Virus record (IMG/VR): IMGVR_UViG_3300027835_000237
Location: 1-59,864 of that record
Source of the DNA: a virus
Taxonomy: Duplodnaviria > Caudoviricetes
Direction: 5' to 3' (one strand)
Length of the DNA stretch: 59,864 nucleotides
In this document: positions 46,001-55,403 of the stretch, piece after piece
Layout of the letters: every line of letters begins with the position of its first letter
How positions within the stretch are numbered: position 1 is the first letter of the stretch
The notes under the pieces: model-generated
Database searches by the model: none
The model's input: the letters and a program-made list of their open reading frames with translations, nothing else
What the model was told of the DNA's origin: nothing
Translations under genes and position numbers: made by a program

Positions 46001-47506
46001 ATACGAATTGGTTCTAACTGTCCAGCGCACGCCTACTTTGTTGTACGCATCTTCCCAAGCAGTGCGAGAAACTTTGATCGGTTCCTCTCCCTTACCCGGA
46101 ACATAATCATTATCGTTCAGCGAAACGACCGGAGATGTTTTGGGATTGTACACATATCCATTTGCTACAGCCGTAACCGAAGAGTTCGGAACAAACTTCA
46201 GCAAGCCTTCTGACCAAAATGCACCCACGCGCGAGGCTTCTAGTATCTCACCGATAACCGCGCCAGCAGAATTCTGCTGTTCCAATACCATACTGATGAA
46301 AAAGTTGTTCGCTGCCCAATAGGATCGCGCCGGGCTTTGCAATGTGTAGCTTAAATTCTGTTTAGCGAACCCCGCACCGAATCCCGTATCAGTTAGGATT
46401 GACTCAATCACATCAGCCGGATTGGCGTCCTGAATGCCCGCGCCGGCCGGGTATAATCCGATGATTTCGTAATTGTAGTTTGGCATCGTTGGTGAGTAGC
46501 CCAAGTAAAGTCCGCTCGACCCCATGTAGCAAACATCGCTATAACCAAGATCAGAACCCGGATGTTTTGATGTCATGTATGACCAAGCAGCCTGCCCGCG
46601 CGCGCCCGAGAAGAAAGTCATATTCAACTGACTAGGCGCATTCTGATCCGAGTTCACCTGATTGTATTGGTAGGTGACTACAACCGCTTTACCTGCATCT
46701 GAACCGCCAGCGAAAACGTAACTGCCGCCATTCGCATCATAAGTTCCTGCACCGCCTAATCCCGCCTTTAATAAAGTTCCTGAAGGGTAGTAGTAAACAC
46801 CCTTGTCGCCGCCGAAGTACGGCTGATGTTCAACTGTGTAGGTGTAAGGTGCGCTAAATGGAATGATTGTCAACTCTGTTTGAATGGTCTGGAAACTGTA
46901 GAAGGAATATGATATTGTAAGCACCTTGCCGGCATCAGCCGAAGCAAAGGTATAAACTCCTGTGACTGGATCAACTTTATACTGCCCCGCAAGCGGAGTG
47001 CCTGTTACCTTCACAAAGGGAGATGTGTTTGTTCCAGTAAATGTAACTGCTCCGGGCGCTCCGTAATCAAGTGCGACAATAGAATAAGCTGTATCATATC
47101 CAACGCCGGCATCATTAGAAAACTGTGCAGCATTCGTGGGGGTATAAGTACCGCCCCCGCCCGGCACAGTAAAGGGTTCAGAGCTTGAGGCGGTAACAAA
47201 CTTTCCAACCGATTCCCACACGCTCTCTATGCCCTGCACATTGCCCTGGCACAAGAGCACTTCAACAGCGGTAGTATAAACCCAACTACCGGGGGATTTG
47301 CCCATGCCCTTGCCGCCGCCGCCTCCCTTCTTGCCCGAACTTTTAGCTTTGTTTGCTTGAAAATCACCATACCAGATTACCTTGCCAGCGATACGCTGTT
47401 TCCCATAAATCAAAGGGATAGGGATACCAAAAACAGACGCAGTAGTGCGCATACCGCTGTATTTGGTTCTGAGGCCCGCCGGTTTTGCTCCAAAGAGTGC
47501 AGCCAT
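43097..47506 (-). CDS. Large tail tip / host-specificity protein with C-terminal Hint domain
   Basis: G.PIPLIYG..RIAG.VIW, DANPAD, LEPMD; poly-Gly then CFTGNVKV...LVT.NH...VYNL...GIVAHN. Confidence 0.85.
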   Translation of the reverse strand: MAALFGAKPAGLRTKYSGMRTTASVFGIPIPLIYGKQRIAGKVIWYGDFQANKAKSSGKKGGGGGKGMGKSPGSWVYTTAVEVLLCQGNVQGIESVWESVGKFVTASSSEPFTVPGGGGTYTPTNAAQFSNDAGVGYDTAYSIVALDYGAPGAVTFTGTNTSPFVKVTGTPLAGQYKVDPVTGVYTFASADAGKVLTISYSFYSFQTIQTELTIIPFSAPYTYTVEHQPYFGGDKGVYYYPSGTLLKAGLGGAGTYDANGGSYVFAGGSDAGKAVVVTYQYNQVNSDQNAPSQLNMTFFSGARGQAAWSYMTSKHPGSDLGYSDVCYMGSSGLYLGYSPTMPNYNYEIIGLYPAGAGIQDANPADVIESILTDTGFGAGFAKQNLSYTLQSPARSYWAANNFFISMVLEQQNSAGAVIGEILEASRVGAFWSEGLLKFVPNSSVTAVANGYVYNPKTSPVVSLNDNDYVPGKGEEPIKVSRTAWEDAYNKVGVRWTVRTNSYNEDVLEAEDPASIDTFGLRREPPVSYPFICTEKAAQLAANLRVQAGNTVRNTYSFNLRSNYAYLEPMDIVLLTDANLGLSNTPVRLLSITDAPDKPLAVTAKDFPWATGDAVLYPKQAQKPSDDLSRGQQDPGATDIFVFEAPATLSKQEGNSLYIFVGGKELAWGGCSLWISFDNITYNLLTTTSVSGRFGTLTSPFYSGPDPDLTQDLFVTLENSTTTLSSVTQADADHFVTRSILAAPNIVNPTYYESPAAKGYNITGPTLAPITGAWSNPTNFSATRASGNFAEITLGNAPDRTTSGWGQAAGFGFSIPAGNVLLGYQIFFDAKLDQSPAIAFDSVALSIQMIPPGVSSPVVGTAKLVQLTSPFTTYQEYSVGGPRSQVSEWGTNFNLTDINKPSNALASDKFLRSTFGVNWSVAFGAMILNPAFGFSGNSAGQNCSFYNSVAWPNDQWAQVTITLYNTGVNGVGVALRANSSSSGNAYIFYLFQNLNQWVLRKVVNGATSNLDSGNFTFAIGDTLYLEVQGTTLIARINGNTVSTKTDSSLATGSAGISSYFNDQTVYGSSWQGGDFTTDNDTMGPTFQAISAGTLPSPFVVDVRNARMRVFVGTGQATPEIIGYKTAALVGDHIYKLSYLRRGIENTKAQNWPKGSFFGRLDQASYVYQYPASYIGKTAYIKATSFNIFGNMAQSITQVSAVVVPLIGVSGAYDIGSGALLTNAGSVPPTWYGPFTYTSNTTSITWTWDIYVVRNDGSTQHFVGTQTTSGLTSNTTYYFYPYLDDANGLTKTVLTFLGGGHGTPTWAFTASERSNANAALASAYQHVGLAAAPMAAATTASGGGGGGGGGGGCFTGNVKVRTLDFGIVRFDALPTDRDFLIENECGIFFARLLVHENHTSEMLDMGRGELVTLNHLLKAGEKWVCAEHYFSNVSQRTVCTTVYNLQVLTRDEEARHYILENGIVAHNSKMV

Positions 47507-47955
47507 TATTTCACCGCAGTAAAGAAGCGCCGTTCGCGGCGTATAAAAAATCCTTCATGTGCTGCCGAACCCATTACGCCGCGCCCCTCAAGTGGATGCA
47601 GAATGTATGTCGGCCAACTGATAATAATTCCACCATGCGTCCACGAGTTGCCAAACTTGAACAAGATAAAATCTCCCGGTTGTACCTGCTCTTCTGTAAT
47701 CTCTCGAAAATATGGTTGCAACTCATGCCAATATGTCGGGTCGGCTTCCTTCTTCATCCATTGCTGCGAGTAGTACGCGGGCGGTTCATATTCGCGCGGA
47801 ATGATACCGACTTCTTGATAGACCCGCAAAGGCAAATATGCGCAATCAACACCGATGCCCTTGAGACCAACGTGGTCAGCATAAGGAGTATTTCGCCACG
47901 AAAGAGCTTCATCTACAATTCGTTTTCGTAGTCCGAGTTCTTCGTCACGTGTCAT
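47506..47955 (-). CDS. NlpC/P60 tail-associated peptidase
   Basis: A.SW.NTPY, GVDCA, PGD..LFKF, HGGI. Confidence 0.88.
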   Translation of the reverse strand: MTRDEELGLRKRIVDEALSWRNTPYADHVGLKGIGVDCAYLPLRVYQEVGIIPREYEPPAYYSQQWMKKEADPTYWHELQPYFREITEEQVQPGDFILFKFGNSWTHGGIIISWPTYILHPLEGRGVMGSAAHEGFFIRRERRFFTAVK

Positions 47956-47976
47956 GTATCCTCGTAAGTTGTTGAT

Positions 47977-48936
47977 TCAAATGGCGATTTCTGGATTGGG
48001 GACAAACGGAGTCGCCCCAATATGAATCAAATTGTTGAACTGACTTGTACACGCCGTAATCGTTTTATTACATCCTGGATACATCTTGAACGTATCACCT
48101 GTTGCAATAGGAAACTTCAACGGCACCATAAGTTGAATTCTCGTATTGCTTATTTGCTTCTTGATAGTGTACTGCAACCCGTTGTTCTGACCGCCAGTAA
48201 ATTTGATCATGCCCTGCTCAAACGTCATGCTAGCGTTGTAAAAACTTGCCGCTGTGATGTTCGTTGTCAGATTGATGTAATTGGTATCACTCGCGGCGGC
48301 CGCTGAATTGCTCATTTCGAAATTGGCTTTCAACAGCGTACAACCTACATCAAACAGCGTATGCCGGCAGCTAGATTGGATGATGTTGCGCGGCACCGGG
48401 AAGTTCAGCAAATATAGCAGATCAGCAACCTTAAATGTAGCTTTGCTACGCCCGGTTTGCGTTGCACTCGAAATCTTTCCTACGAAGGTTGTCAAAAAAC
48501 CCATCTTCACGCCTTCTGATGGCGGATCATCTAGTCCCCAGTAAATCGTATAGACGCTAACATTCGCGGCATCGAAAAGTCCGGCGCGCACAGCACCAAG
48601 AACCGATAACGATAATGCAACTGCCGGAGAAGTCAGAGGAGCAACTGGGATCAAAATTGTACTATCGGCCATCACGGTGAGGTTCATCTCCTCAGATTTA
48701 GGCTGGTAGCTCACAACCGTTTTAACTGGGCCCCGCTCCCACGTACCGAACTTCGATGGATGATAAATCGTAGCAACAGGTGGAGAACTTGCCGGATCAA
48801 CAAGGGTAATAGGCACCTGAGCCGTTGTAGCTGTGATATTCTTGCCATTCAAAAGCTCAATCAAAAATAGATCAGCGCGGTGAAAAGCTTCGCGCGATTC
48901 CAGAAAGGCTAAAAGTTGTGGTGAAATTTGCTTAAT
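47977..48936 (-). CDS. Tail hub protein (DUF2163/BR0599-like), probable ATT start
   Basis: G.FDAA.V, P.N..Q..CRHTLFD.GC, F.GGQN.G, GD.F...PGCNKT...C...FNN....G..PFVP. Confidence 0.85.
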   Translation of the reverse strand: MKQISPQLLAFLESREAFHRADLFLIELLNGKNITATTAQVPITLVDPASSPPVATIYHPSKFGTWERGPVKTVVSYQPKSEEMNLTVMADSTILIPVAPLTSPAVALSLSVLGAVRAGLFDAANVSVYTIYWGLDDPPSEGVKMGFLTTFVGKISSATQTGRSKATFKVADLLYLLNFPVPRNIIQSSCRHTLFDVGCTLLKANFEMSNSAAAASDTNYINLTTNITAASFYNASMTFEQGMIKFTGGQNNGLQYTIKKQISNTRIQLMVPLKFPIATGDTFKMYPGCNKTITACTSQFNNLIHIGATPFVPNPEIAI

Positions 48937-48958
48937 TATTTTTCTCCAACTTTTCCAT

Positions 48959-49645
48959 TTACCGTAAAAGACTCTTGAACTTCACCGATGTATTTTTCCA
49001 CATCCGCTGCTTTATGGATTGCAAATTTGACCACGAGTCCTCCATGAAGCGGCAACGGAAATAAAACTGACCTGCCCATTGCAGCACAGTACTAACTGCT
49101 GGCGGCGTGTTGAACGTGAGCATCCCGTACTTGTCGATGCTATAGGTACTTGCCGCTTGCAGCGCACCGTTTTTGTAAATGAGTGGATAACCAGCAGCAA
49201 AGTTTTGAACCAAATCATCAAACCCACCTAACTGACGACGCAGCAAAAACCTATCATTCAACCCATCACCTACGCCAAGATCATAAACCTGTAGGTCTGC
49301 ACTAGTGAGCGACGCAGTTACCTGTGTTTTGCTCGACCCATTGTCATCGGGATCGAAGTACAACCAATCTACCGCCGCGCCTTTTACCTGCCCGTAAAAT
49401 CCTACTATCGTTTGATACAGCGAAGCGGATTGCGCAGGCGTAGCATCGCCAAGCACATAGGCCAAATCCATTTCAAATATCCATACAGGATACTGCTGTA
49501 ACGCGACCCGAGTTTCACCAACACTACTTGCCGTTGTTTGAACAAGAGTTTTGAACGACGGCGTTTTCTTAACCGGAACGCGAAAGACCCATTTGGTCTG
49601 TCCGATTACATCTGGAAAAATAGGATCAGTAGCTAGGGTGCTCAT
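48959..49645 (-). CDS. Distal tail protein (DUF2460-like), copy 2
   Basis: KTP.F.T..Q....GE.R, F....G....W...DP.D, G.GDG, W.G.FYFRCRF. Confidence 0.8.
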   Translation of the reverse strand: MSTLATDPIFPDVIGQTKWVFRVPVKKTPSFKTLVQTTASSVGETRVALQQYPVWIFEMDLAYVLGDATPAQSASLYQTIVGFYGQVKGAAVDWLYFDPDDNGSSKTQVTASLTSADLQVYDLGVGDGLNDRFLLRRQLGGFDDLVQNFAAGYPLIYKNGALQAASTYSIDKYGMLTFNTPPAVSTVLQWAGQFYFRCRFMEDSWSNLQSIKQRMWKNTSVKFKSLLR

Positions 49646-49646
49646 A

Positions 49647-50321
49647 TTAAGCCAGCAAACTCATGAATTTGATTGACGAATTCTTCCACATTCGTTGCTT
49701 GATGGATTGCAAATTTATCCATTCGTCATCTAAGAAGCGACACCGAAAATACCACTGGCCTGCCCATGTAATACTATTTCCGACAGCCGGTGCGGTCACA
49801 AACCGTAACGTGCCTTGAAAATTGATGCTGTACGCACTCGCTAATTGCAACACACCCGCCTTGTAGACCAGCGGATAGCCCGTATGAAAATTCTGTATCA
49901 GATCAGTAAGATTCCCGATTGGGCGAGTCATAGAAAAATCAGTTGTAACCCCATCACCCGTTCCAATCGAGTTCTGCTGCAAATCAGCCAGGCCCAAACT
50001 CAAGGTGCGCTGTGTTTTGCTCGAACCATTGTCATCAGGATCGAAGTAAAGCCAATCATCCGCCGCACCTTTCATCTTACCGTAAAAGCCAACGATGCTT
50101 TGATAGGCCGAAGCTATTTGCGCCTGTGTAGCATCCCCAAGCATGTAAGCCAAATCATATTCAAATTCCCATCTTGGATACGTTTGGAGTGCAATCCGAA
50201 TCTCACCTACACGATTCTCAGGAGTTTGCACGATCGTATGAAACGACGGTGTTTTCTTAACCGGAAGCCTAAACTTCCAGTTGGTTTGCCCGATTATGTC
50301 AGGGAAAACGGAAACTGACAT
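49647..50321 (-). CDS. Distal tail protein (DUF2460-like), copy 1
   Basis: Same motifs as copy 2; directly after the tape measure gene. Confidence 0.8.
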   Translation of the reverse strand: MSVSVFPDIIGQTNWKFRLPVKKTPSFHTIVQTPENRVGEIRIALQTYPRWEFEYDLAYMLGDATQAQIASAYQSIVGFYGKMKGAADDWLYFDPDDNGSSKTQRTLSLGLADLQQNSIGTGDGVTTDFSMTRPIGNLTDLIQNFHTGYPLVYKAGVLQLASAYSINFQGTLRFVTAPAVGNSITWAGQWYFRCRFLDDEWINLQSIKQRMWKNSSIKFMSLLA

Positions 50322-50324
50322 GTA

Positions 50325-53300
50325 CTATCCCTCTGGCTGGCCACGCCAGTTGCTCTTGCGAACATGCGAGTCCATGTGCTCTACGAACTTCGCACCATGT
50401 TCTGCTAAAACAGCATCGACACCGTTTGCATCAAAGGATTGCACTACTGGTGCGAAGGTAAAGTGCGTATCGCCTCCACCACCGCCTGATCTATTCAGGG
50501 AAGCAATTGTACTATTTGGGAAAACATGTCCACCAGAACCAGAGCGGAACAATTCAGGACCGCGCTCACCAATTAAATATGTACGTCCTGGAGTGACATC
50601 GCCTCCGGTTGCCAACATAGCAATTGCTTTAGCAGCAGCCATCTCCCCCAACATTATGCCGCCGAAGCCTGTCGCCAGTGCAGGGCCTACAATCGGAATC
50701 CAGCTTAAACTTGCCCAGATGCCGGCCATGCCCGCTTGACTCGCCGCGTCTGCCTGCTTACGCAAGCTTGCTGTTACGCCCGCTGATGCGCCCGCACCAG
50801 CCGTACCCGCGCCCACTTTCGTAGCCTCCGCCGCTGCTTTGGTAGCCCCGCCGCTGAACAAGGAGCCTAGTCCACCTGCGGCTCTCCCAACTGGAGTATC
50901 TTTGCCTCCGATTAACGGAATATCTTTCAGTATATCAGTTATCGAACCACCGCCAACACCAGGGATGCCACTAGTCATCGTCACGAAAAGTGCGTGTGCC
51001 GCATCACTGCCATCGCGTTTTCCAAAGCCTATCTTCTCAGCTATCTTACCGAGTGGACCCGGTAGATGTGGCGCGATTGTGCCGGCTATCTTCCCAATGC
51101 CCTTAGCGATGACGCCTTTCACAATTGTTTCTTCAAACTGGGCAAACACCTGGCGCAAACTGCCCTGGCCCGTTACAATGAAATGAGCTAAAGAATTCTC
51201 CCACCCTTCAATAGCCGTTTTGAAAGCACCGGCTATCTTTTCACCAAGCCGATCGCCTTCCATTTTCAGTTCGTTAAATACGGCTCTTGCCTTTTCACCA
51301 AAGGTACCAACTTTCAGTGCCGCATCATCCCATATCTTAGTAAGTTCTCGTGTCTGGTCTGATTCCCTTGCTCGATTAAGTAAACGCCGATTGTCTAGCT
51401 CAAATTGTCGTTTCGTTTGATCTAAATTACGTTGAAAAATAGTTTGTTCTTTACTTGCCACTTCATTTTTTTTCGCAAATAATGTATCTTCTTGACTGAA
51501 CGCTTCTTGCATATCAGCTTGACGAGCGGCGAACGCTTTTATCTCTGGTTGTGCAGCAAATTCTTTGGCCTTTAGATCAATCTTTTTTAAGATTAGACCT
51601 TGTTCAACGGCTGCTCGTTCTTCTGCCTTTAAAGCACCATTTTTAAGTGCAGCTTCTATATCTTCAATTTCGGCTCTAGTTTTGGCAAGAGCAGATACTT
51701 TTTCAACTTCGCCACGAACAAACTCTTTTGCTTGTTGCGCAGATAACTCCCCATTAAGCTTCAGTGCTTGCGCTAATTCAACAAAGCCACGTCGCAAGTT
51801 TTCTTGCGCTTGATCCTTAGCGTTTGAATCACCGCGTCGAATCGCTTCTTCATAAGCAGATTGTAAATCCCTAACTTGTTCACGAATTACCGATACACGT
51901 CCCGGCGCACCAACAGTTACGCGCCCAAAGCGACCACCTTGCTCATCGGCCTCGTTCTTCGCACGTAGCGCGGCAACTTGTTCCTGAATTGCTCGAACTT
52001 CCTTTTCCGCATTAACAAGGGTCATCTTGCTGGCGGCTTGAATTTTCTCAGCAAGTTCTGCATTGAAAATTTTAGCTGTATCAATAGGTCCAATCTTTAC
52101 CTTATAACCGAGCATTTTTTCGAGTTGTGTTTCTAGGTTCTCGATGAAAGCTTTAGCCGCAGCCGTAGCTTCTGCCCAAACCTTCGGACCAAAGGCTTCT
52201 CCTAATCCTAATCCTTCTGCTCGTGCTTTGCTTGCAGCAGTTTCTAATTTCTGAATTTCAGCACGAATAGCTTCCATAGCGGATGCAAATTTAGGATCAG
52301 CAACAGGCTTTGCACCACCGCCTCCTTCTCCTCCAAATTTGATTGCTTTATCAAGAGACTCCATTACTTTTTGACGTGTGATCAATGCATCAGCTTCTTG
52401 TCGTTTTACAGCATCCCATTGTTTGTCGCGCGCAGTTTTTCCTTTATCGCTATCATCGGCTCCTTGTTCAAACCCAGTACCCACACCACTAACACTCATA
52501 CCTTGTGCAAAGAGCCGTATTTTTTGAAGAGCAATATAAAAATCTTGCAATTGGAACACAACATACGCAGCAATTTTCGCAACACCAACCAAACCCTTAC
52601 CTAATGTTTCAGCAAATGAAGTAAGACCCGCACCACTTCGTATCGAATCAGTAAAAGCGGCTGCAAGATGAAGCATGACAGGAAGGACCGCAGAAGTCAT
52701 TGTATTTGCAAATCCTGTCCAAACCATCTCCATCTTCGCGCCCTCTTCTTTCAATTTCAGGGCCCCGGCATAAAAGTCATCACCAAGCGCCGCGCCTACC
52801 CGTTTAGCTAACCCAATCCATTCCTCTAGTTTCTTTGGGCCCATCTCAAGAAAAGGTACCATCGCCGCGCCGGCGCGACCAAAAATCTCAATCGCTATGG
52901 CTGTTTTATGTCCTTGACTTCCAAGATGCTGAAACTTCTCAGATAGTATGACAAGTTTTTGCTCAATCGGTAATTGGACAAACTGTTTCGCATTTATTCC
53001 TAAATCTGTAAAACCATTACTCATTAAGTGACCGGACTTAGCGGCAGCCAGGGCGTTCTTTTCCATACGCTCTATAGCGCGAGCCAAATAATCTTGATCA
53101 ACACCGTAGGCTTTAGCTAGTGGAGTAAGTGCTGCCAGAGTAGATGCGTGCAGCCCAGTTGCCATAGCAAGTTGCTGTGTGCGAGCAGCAGCATTAGCAG
53201 TATGAAGCGCAAGAGCAGTTAATCCAGCAGCAGCCGATAAAATACCAACACCTATACCAGCAAGCGGTCCTGCAAGCATACCAAGAGGTCCGCTCATACT

Positions 53301-53552
53301 GGCGATAGATTTAGTTGCGGTAGACGCTGCCCGACCCATCGTCAGAAAAACTTGGGAAATAGCAAGTCCTTGCGTGCCAAATAATCCAAGTGTACCACTA
53401 ACAAAAGATATACTGTTTGCGATAGACTTGAATTCCTTCTCAGTTTGACGAGCAAACTGTTGGACGTTATAAGCCTGCTTAGTCAGACCAGTTTCCCATT
53501 CTGAATAATCAACTCCGAGCTTAACAAATAATTGACCTAGATTGATAGCCAT
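50325..53552 (-). CDS. Tail tape measure protein
   Basis: 1075 aa, Ala/Gly-rich helical; MAINLGQLFVKLG, A..IFGRAG, ATGG.V..G..YLIGERGPELF. Confidence 0.92.
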   Translation of the reverse strand: MAINLGQLFVKLGVDYSEWETGLTKQAYNVQQFARQTEKEFKSIANSISFVSGTLGLFGTQGLAISQVFLTMGRAASTATKSIASMSGPLGMLAGPLAGIGVGILSAAAGLTALALHTANAAARTQQLAMATGLHASTLAALTPLAKAYGVDQDYLARAIERMEKNALAAAKSGHLMSNGFTDLGINAKQFVQLPIEQKLVILSEKFQHLGSQGHKTAIAIEIFGRAGAAMVPFLEMGPKKLEEWIGLAKRVGAALGDDFYAGALKLKEEGAKMEMVWTGFANTMTSAVLPVMLHLAAAFTDSIRSGAGLTSFAETLGKGLVGVAKIAAYVVFQLQDFYIALQKIRLFAQGMSVSGVGTGFEQGADDSDKGKTARDKQWDAVKRQEADALITRQKVMESLDKAIKFGGEGGGGAKPVADPKFASAMEAIRAEIQKLETAASKARAEGLGLGEAFGPKVWAEATAAAKAFIENLETQLEKMLGYKVKIGPIDTAKIFNAELAEKIQAASKMTLVNAEKEVRAIQEQVAALRAKNEADEQGGRFGRVTVGAPGRVSVIREQVRDLQSAYEEAIRRGDSNAKDQAQENLRRGFVELAQALKLNGELSAQQAKEFVRGEVEKVSALAKTRAEIEDIEAALKNGALKAEERAAVEQGLILKKIDLKAKEFAAQPEIKAFAARQADMQEAFSQEDTLFAKKNEVASKEQTIFQRNLDQTKRQFELDNRRLLNRARESDQTRELTKIWDDAALKVGTFGEKARAVFNELKMEGDRLGEKIAGAFKTAIEGWENSLAHFIVTGQGSLRQVFAQFEETIVKGVIAKGIGKIAGTIAPHLPGPLGKIAEKIGFGKRDGSDAAHALFVTMTSGIPGVGGGSITDILKDIPLIGGKDTPVGRAAGGLGSLFSGGATKAAAEATKVGAGTAGAGASAGVTASLRKQADAASQAGMAGIWASLSWIPIVGPALATGFGGIMLGEMAAAKAIAMLATGGDVTPGRTYLIGERGPELFRSGSGGHVFPNSTIASLNRSGGGGGDTHFTFAPVVQSFDANGVDAVLAEHGAKFVEHMDSHVRKSNWRGQPEG

Positions 53553-53554
53553 AA

Positions 53555-53911
53555 TTACACCCTGGTTTCAGTTTTCTTGCTCATTGTCCGTTTAACGGAA
53601 ACTTGTTGTTCTTCGGGCGACAATGTTGTAAGATCCGGTTCTTCAGGTTTGCTTTCACCAGGAACAAACTCCATCGGGTTAATCGGTTCCTTCGGTGCAG
53701 CCATACTTGAATTGATCACAGCAGCCGCAATTATGCCCGAGCGTAAGTACTGCTGCTTTGTTTCGGCTGTACGACGTACTAGCAATGCTTCCAACAAAGC
53801 AGGTGTGAGACTACCGAAATCTTCATCCGATAACCCTAAATCATAGCGCCCGATAGCCCACAGATCGAGCAAACTCAGCTTTACGCCGGATTGCTCGTCG
53901 CTTCCAAAGGG
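53555..53911 (-). CDS. Tail assembly chaperone T region (reached by -1 frameshift)
   Basis: LGLS..DF..LTP motif; frame open back to the slippery CCCTTTG; no clear SD of its own. Confidence 0.72.
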   Translation of the reverse strand, partial: PFGSDEQSGVKLSLLDLWAIGRYDLGLSDEDFGSLTPALLEALLVRRTAETKQQYLRSGIIAAAVINSSMAAPKEPINPMEFVPGESKPEEPDLTTLSPEEQQVSVKRTMSKKTETRV

Positions 53912-54348
53912 ACTTCACCAGCCACGCCGGCAGCTTCGGCCACACGCGCGGCTTCTTCAGCATCCTTGATAGCCTTCTGTACCTCGGGGCCCAGTCCAGC
54001 TACGAAGGCTGCACGAAGCGCAGAAGCAACCTCAACTGCGTTCGTGTAGGACAGGTAGGAGCCAACGATCTCCAAACCAGCATCACCTTCATAACCCTCG
54101 TTATGAATTTGGAGAGCCGCCCACAAAGCTACACGCAGTTTATCCGCACTCAGGTTATCGAAGAAATCCGAGGCGTTTTGAAGCATGTTAATACCTATTT
54201 TGTCTTCGATTGCGGCAAATGAATTGAAGTCAAAACTGAGCTTCAAATCCAATCTTCGCGCACCGTTTTCATCTATTAAATCTAATGACAACGGTATCGA
54301 GGGTGCAATATGATGTCGAATTGCTGAGGTCTTACGAACATTTTGCAT
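53881..54348 (-). CDS. Tail assembly chaperone G
   Basis: Between tail tube and tape measure; L.FDFN....IE...G; GGAGG SD. Confidence 0.75.
   Translation of the reverse strand: MQNVRKTSAIRHHIAPSIPLSLDLIDENGARRLDLKLSFDFNSFAAIEDKIGINMLQNASDFFDNLSADKLRVALWAALQIHNEGYEGDAGLEIVGSYLSYTNAVEVASALRAAFVAGLGPEVQKAIKDAEEAARVAEAAGVAGEVPLEATSNPA
53905..53911 (-). promoter_or_regulatory. Programmed -1 ribosomal frameshift site C CCT TTG
   Basis: X XXY YYZ heptamer in the G frame, 7 codons before the stop; the -1 shift joins the T ORF. Confidence 0.72.
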
Positions 54349-54485
54349 TGTGAATCCTCCATACTATCGAGAAAGTGTTACGGGCGGAAAGACACCCATA
54401 GTGTGCGCGGTACAGAAATATTTCCTGCACCGCGCAGCAACCAACAGTGCCATGCGAGTACCAAACCATAAAGGACTCTAAGTCC

Positions 54486-54920
54486 TTATGGCAGATACAC
54501 TTGGCCCGTGATCTTGATCGCGCCGTTCACCGTGACGTGCTTGGAAACGTCGAAATTTAGGTCGAATTTCGTCACGTATCCGTTGAACGTGATGATGCCG
54601 TTCGTGCCAGGCATAGTCACCTTCCACAGACCAAGCAAACCCGCGATGAAGAACGTGTTGTAGAGGGCATCTTGGGACTCTTCCTTCGGAAGGAAGTTCC
54701 CCTCAAAGGATATTTCACCAGCATCGGCTAATGTGGTGATCCACTCTTTGATGGTGCCGCTCTGCATGTTCGTAATTTCATCGAGGTCGTACTTAGACCC
54801 GGTGAAGTCAATCTTACGGAGTTCGGCGACTGTGATGAAAGTTGCAGGAGATGTCCCTACTGTCCGGTAGGACAATAAGGTTGAACGTCCTGCAATTGCT
54901 GCGGATGATGTGTAAGCCAT
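54486..54920 (-). CDS. Major tail (tube) protein
   Basis: D.IT...S...KE.I..L.D.GEISFEGN..P, F.GYVT, I.ITG. Confidence 0.85.
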   Translation of the reverse strand: MAYTSSAAIAGRSTLLSYRTVGTSPATFITVAELRKIDFTGSKYDLDEITNMQSGTIKEWITTLADAGEISFEGNFLPKEESQDALYNTFFIAGLLGLWKVTMPGTNGIITFNGYVTKFDLNFDVSKHVTVNGAIKITGQVYLP

Positions 54921-54977
54921 TTCTTACCTCGTTTTGCTGCGATTTACTCTCTAAAACCGTGCTGCCTGAGAAGATCG

Positions 54978-55403
54978 TTAGGCGTTGTCCGTCCACCAGA
55001 TTTCGTAGTCTACATGCGTTGAATAAATAGTACCGTGTGGAACAGATTCAACTAAATCTACTTCGCGTTCAAGCCACGCGCCTTCAAAGGTGACATTGCC
55101 GGCCGCGTTAGTCTGAAGCAAACCATTGAGCGCATACTTCACTTGGTTAGCAACTTGCTTGACTACTTTCGCGCTACTCGCATAACAAGCAAAGCGCATC
55201 ACCGCGCGCTGTAACCGATTCGCGCCCTCAAAAGCAATCACTGGTTCCGCACCCTCTTGTGAAAAAACAACGTAAGGTATAGTTACCTCATCCGGGGCGA
55301 GCATATTAAAAATACCCGTTGTCCCATCAGTACGCGCCGTACCAAGCAGCGCCGTTAATGCCGCTGTCGTCGAAAGCACGTTATAAAGTCCTTCGGAAAG
55401 CAT
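54978..55403 (-). CDS. Tail terminator/completion protein (DUF3168-like)
   Basis: LY..L....AL.ALLG, AP.....PYVV, position in the module. Confidence 0.75.
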   Translation of the reverse strand: MLSEGLYNVLSTTAALTALLGTARTDGTTGIFNMLAPDEVTIPYVVFSQEGAEPVIAFEGANRLQRAVMRFACYASSAKVVKQVANQVKYALNGLLQTNAAGNVTFEGAWLEREVDLVESVPHGTIYSTHVDYEIWWTDNA

